63,704 nt of DNA from Promethearchaeota archaeon (GTDB lineage: Archaea > Asgardarchaeota > Lokiarchaeia > Sigyniarchaeales > SOKP01), in contig RDOE01000007.1 in NCBI GenBank assembly GCA_011364975.1, positions 1 through 63,704 on the forward strand, read 5' to 3'. Below are positions 60,272 through 63,704 of the stretch, in pieces. A program made the translations under genes and the position numbers. Every line of letters begins with the position of its first letter. The stretch's first letter is position 1. Under the pieces are notes generated by a model that had not been told where the DNA came from, made no database searches, and saw nothing but the letters and a program-made list of their open reading frames with translations.

Positions 60272-61678
60272 ATGACCGAACTAAAAACTTTGTTTAATCC
60301 AAGAGCGATTGGGATAATTGGTGTAAGTGAAAAAGCATATGGTGGTGGTTTTTTCTTAAGATCCTTACTTGACATGGGATTTAACAAGGAGATCTTCATA
60401 TTCAACCCTCGCCTAAAAGGAGAGGTAATTTTAGGTTTAAAGGTATATGGATCTATTCTGGAAATGCCCGATAATCATGAAATTGATTATGTTATAATTG
60501 CGGTACCCGCCGAAAAATGTCCGGAGATTGTTAAAGAAGTAGGAATAAAAAAGGTACCGTTTGTGACAATATTTACCTCGGGATTCTCTGAAATAGGTAG
60601 AAAAGATTTAGAAAATAAGATCTTAACTATTGCAAAGAAATACAATATACGAATCATAGGACCAAATTGTTTAGGTATTTTAGTACCTAAAAATAAAATT
60701 TCTTTCTCTTCAAGATTAACAGATTTATCAGGTAACCTTGGAATAATTTCTCAATCAGGAGGTTTGGCAATTCAATTATCTGCTATGGCTCAATATATTT
60801 ACGAAAATCCTCCCAATAAAACGATCTCAATTGGTAATCAGATTGACCTTACATTTAATGATTTCTTGGAATATTTCTACACTGATGATGAGATTAAGAC
60901 AATTGCACTCTATCTTGAAAATATTAAGACCCTAAATAATGGTCAGAATTTAATTCCAATACTGAAAAAGTTATCATTAAAGGGAAAACCAGTAATTATT
61001 TGGAAAGTTGGGTCTGGTATCTCTTCAGAAGCAGCAATTATGTCTCACACAGGCGGTTTATCTGGATCTCAACGAATATGGAAGGGTTTAAGTAAACAAA
61101 CGGGAGCAATTTTAGTCAAAAACGCTGATGAACTTCAAAATTTAGCTATGACTTTTCATAATCTTTTGGATTTACCTGTTAATAGAAAATTAGGTGTTAT
61201 TGCTGTAGGAGGGGGAGCCGCAATTCAAGTAACAGATATCCTGGAACAATATAATTTGATTCTTCCTGAATTATTAGAAAAAACCAAAAAAGATATTTTA
61301 AAATTCTTACCTGATGTGAATACCATAATTCGAAATCCCCTTGATTTAGGAAGTAGTGGGATTGATCCTGAAGTTTTTATAAAAACTATATTATCATTAG
61401 AACAAGACCCTAACATATCAGCCATAATATTTGCTTGGTTTTTTGATTTTGACGAAAAATCAATTAAACTAATTAAAAAGGCATATTATCAAATGACAAA
61501 ACCATTTATTTGCGTTTCATATAAAATCGCAGATGATACAGAGTACTATGCTCAGAAACTAAATTTTAAAAAAAAACTACTAAGACTAAAAATTCCCGTT
61601 TTCGAGTCTATAGAATTAATGGCAAGATCACTCGATAAATATTGTAGTTATAAGGAATTTATTGCAAACTTTTGTTGA
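60272..61678 (+). CDS. ADP-forming acyl-CoA synthetase alpha-subunit-like (CoA-binding) protein
   Basis: FNPRAI, TSGFSE, IIGPNCLG, SQSGG, IGNQ, phospho-His motif SHTG, NPLDL. Confidence 0.88.
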   Translation: MTELKTLFNPRAIGIIGVSEKAYGGGFFLRSLLDMGFNKEIFIFNPRLKGEVILGLKVYGSILEMPDNHEIDYVIIAVPAEKCPEIVKEVGIKKVPFVTIFTSGFSEIGRKDLENKILTIAKKYNIRIIGPNCLGILVPKNKISFSSRLTDLSGNLGIISQSGGLAIQLSAMAQYIYENPPNKTISIGNQIDLTFNDFLEYFYTDDEIKTIALYLENIKTLNNGQNLIPILKKLSLKGKPVIIWKVGSGISSEAAIMSHTGGLSGSQRIWKGLSKQTGAILVKNADELQNLAMTFHNLLDLPVNRKLGVIAVGGGAAIQVTDILEQYNLILPELLEKTKKDILKFLPDVNTIIRNPLDLGSSGIDPEVFIKTILSLEQDPNISAIIFAWFFDFDEKSIKLIKKAYYQMTKPFICVSYKIADDTEYYAQKLNFKKKLLRLKIPVFESIELMARSLDKYCSYKEFIANFC

Positions 61679-63671
61679 TTAACATCTTATTCGGCACTTT
61701 ATGCCAAACCTGCATTTTGTTAGCTCCACGATTGTTCCAGGCATAATACGGAATCGCACAAAATTGATAACCATTAGCAGTATTTCCATGAATTATATTT
61801 ATTCCATTTAAAAGATTTGGTTCATGCTGAACAATTACTTCTTGTTCTTTTACAATGAATTCATTAAAAATATCAAATGCTCTATTATCTTTTTGCTCAA
61901 AACAATAAATCAAAGGACCATTTTTTATAGCAACATGCCCTAAAGTATCTTTCCTCTTCCATGAGTTTTCTAAAAACACCGGTTTCATCCCAAAATCGAT
62001 TTCAATTTGATCATTATTCATCCAATTTCTTATTATTTCAGCATACTTTCCAATGGATAACTCATGTTCATATTGTATCCCATTGATTGAAAGTTTTGGT
62101 GCTTTGCTCCAGTCAGGTATTCTTAATAATAGAGAAAATTTATGATTTTGTGTTAATTGAAGTCTAATTTTTACCGTTCCTTGCCATGGAAAATCACTTT
62201 CTTGAAATATTTTTATTAAACGATTTTCTAATTCAATATTAACCTCAGAACCGATATATTGATGAATCCAGATTCCGTTTTGAGATTTACTATATATATA
62301 TTTTCCAATTGAGGCGATAGTCCTTGCAATATTAGGAGGACAACAAGCACAAAGAAACCATTCTGCTCTTCTATGTTTTCCGTTTGAAACTAGCGGATTA
62401 TCATAGGTATATCCTTTTCCATCAATTGATTGTCCAACTAGCATGGCATTATACATCAATCGTTCAATCAAATCAGCGTATTTACAATCACCAGTAATTT
62501 GAAGCATACGCCAATTCCACAGCATATTTCCAATAGCAGCGCACGTTTCAGAATAGGAAGTTTCTTTTTTCAATTTGAAATCTTTTTCAAATCCTTCAAT
62601 ACCTCTAATTGACCCAATACCACCTGTTATATACATCTTCGCACTAACCATGTTTAACCAACAATTTTCTAAAACACGTAATAATGTATCATCACCGGTT
62701 TCAGAATATATATCTGCCATTCCGCAATACATATAGGTGGCTCTTACAGCATGTCCAATCGGAGCTTTCATTTTTCGTACAGGCTTATTAATTTGATAGC
62801 ATTTTCCGTTTAAAATTGCTAGAATAAACTTTATTCGTTCCATTAATGTTAAATTAGAATAGAAATCCGCTATTTCATCCTGATCACCTCTCTCACTGGT
62901 GTATTCATCACTTAAGGCTTTTTTAAAGCGATTATTTATTTCTCTAGCCTCTTTCTGCGTAGATGACAAATTTAAAAATTTTTTTATTATATATCCGACC
63001 GAATTAGCAGATTTTCCCCGCCGATCAATAAAGTCCTTTGAGAGCGCAAAATAATTTACATTTTTAGTGATATGATGCAATTCCATTAATGCCAGTTCAA
63101 TCTCTTGATGTCCAGGAGCTTCTTCTCGGTTTTTCTCTAAAAAAAGATTAACAATCAACTTAGCAAACCTTTCAGCAACTCCTAATAAGATATCTGATCC
63201 TGTAGCCTGATAATGTGCAACCGCAGCCTGAATTAAATGTCCCCCACAATATAATTCATGCATAAACAAAACATTAGAGAACCTTTTTTGTATAAATTTA
63301 GTAGAATAAAAAGTGTTAATATAGCCATCTTCACTTTGGGCAGTCTTTATTAAATTTACAACCTCATCGACCTTCCTTTTTAATTCTGGATCCTCATGTA
63401 AATGTAAAATATAACACGCTGCTTCAAGCCACTTATATAAATCAGAATCGAAGTAGAATTCTCCTAATTGAGTTCCCTTTTTCATTCCCGCTGCAACCCT
63501 AAAGTTGTCGATATGATGATCTTTTTCGAGTTGTTCAAATTGATGATAAATTGCAATTTCGCGATTTATTTTTTGCCTATTAGCCCAGAAATCATCTGTA
63601 ATTTTAACGTGATAAAATGGGATAGGTTTTAACTTGTTAAAGGGAGAATTGCCTATATTCATATTATCCAA
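61659..63671 (-). CDS. Glycoside hydrolase family 127 (beta-L-arabinofuranosidase-like)
   Basis: FDSDLYKWLEA, HELYC, GHQEIELAL, GHAVRA, YSETCA, CACCPPN, IPYYAWNNRG. Confidence 0.92.
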   Translation of the reverse strand: MDNMNIGNSPFNKLKPIPFYHVKITDDFWANRQKINREIAIYHQFEQLEKDHHIDNFRVAAGMKKGTQLGEFYFDSDLYKWLEAACYILHLHEDPELKRKVDEVVNLIKTAQSEDGYINTFYSTKFIQKRFSNVLFMHELYCGGHLIQAAVAHYQATGSDILLGVAERFAKLIVNLFLEKNREEAPGHQEIELALMELHHITKNVNYFALSKDFIDRRGKSANSVGYIIKKFLNLSSTQKEAREINNRFKKALSDEYTSERGDQDEIADFYSNLTLMERIKFILAILNGKCYQINKPVRKMKAPIGHAVRATYMYCGMADIYSETGDDTLLRVLENCWLNMVSAKMYITGGIGSIRGIEGFEKDFKLKKETSYSETCAAIGNMLWNWRMLQITGDCKYADLIERLMYNAMLVGQSIDGKGYTYDNPLVSNGKHRRAEWFLCACCPPNIARTIASIGKYIYSKSQNGIWIHQYIGSEVNIELENRLIKIFQESDFPWQGTVKIRLQLTQNHKFSLLLRIPDWSKAPKLSINGIQYEHELSIGKYAEIIRNWMNNDQIEIDFGMKPVFLENSWKRKDTLGHVAIKNGPLIYCFEQKDNRAFDIFNEFIVKEQEVIVQHEPNLLNGINIIHGNTANGYQFCAIPYYAWNNRGANKMQVWHKVPNKMLINKSLQ

Positions 63672-63704
63672 AATTTATCTTCAATAATTTAGTTATCTGT
63701 TTTT

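Noticed and set aside
1182-61425. Numerous short ORFs antisense to or nested in long genes (e.g. 1182-1496, 6854-7102, 31985-32389, 35960-36304, 53033-53338, 58781-59053)
   Set aside because: They overlap well-supported genes and have no motifs; shadow ORFs.

Overview
AT-rich, gene-dense archaeal window, almost certainly from an Asgard archaeon of the Lokiarchaeia type. This is inferred from an archaeal informational core (pus10-rpl21e-rpoF-DUF655-ksgA-hemK2, rpl35ae, RecJ/Cdc45-like DHH, XPD, NurA, beta-CASP RNase, mch) combined with many eukaryotic-signature proteins (Rag-like GTPase-roadblock, two Rab-like GTPases, ESCRT-III/Snf7, a second roadblock protein, presenilin, an LRR protein, a longin/uDENN-like protein). 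Metabolic content includes an HdrA-MvhD/MvhG/MvhA-like [NiFe]-hydrogenase locus, glycine cleavage gcvT-H-PA-PB, two divergent MTA phosphorylases, queD and queC, aroB', glycogen synthase, GH127 and several hydrolases. I recognised no rRNA, tRNA, CRISPR array or mobile element. Best candidates for undescribed systems: (1) a winged-helix DNA-binding domain fused to a partly degenerate HdrA-MvhD, in an operon with a hydrogenase whose large subunit has no C-terminal maturation tail, possibly an H2/redox-sensing regulator complex; (2) a longin/uDENN-like protein with a putative arginine-finger loop lying tail-to-tail with a RagA-like GTPase; (3) a B-box/PH-like/prion-like/steadiness-box-like protein lying tail-to-tail with an ESCRT-III gene; (4) an SDR oxidoreductase-QueC fusion opposite queD. 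Two conserved genes appear to start at ATA/ATT codons, and apt and a 3-hydroxyacyl-CoA dehydrogenase gene are disrupted. All family calls come from motif recognition by eye, not from database searches.
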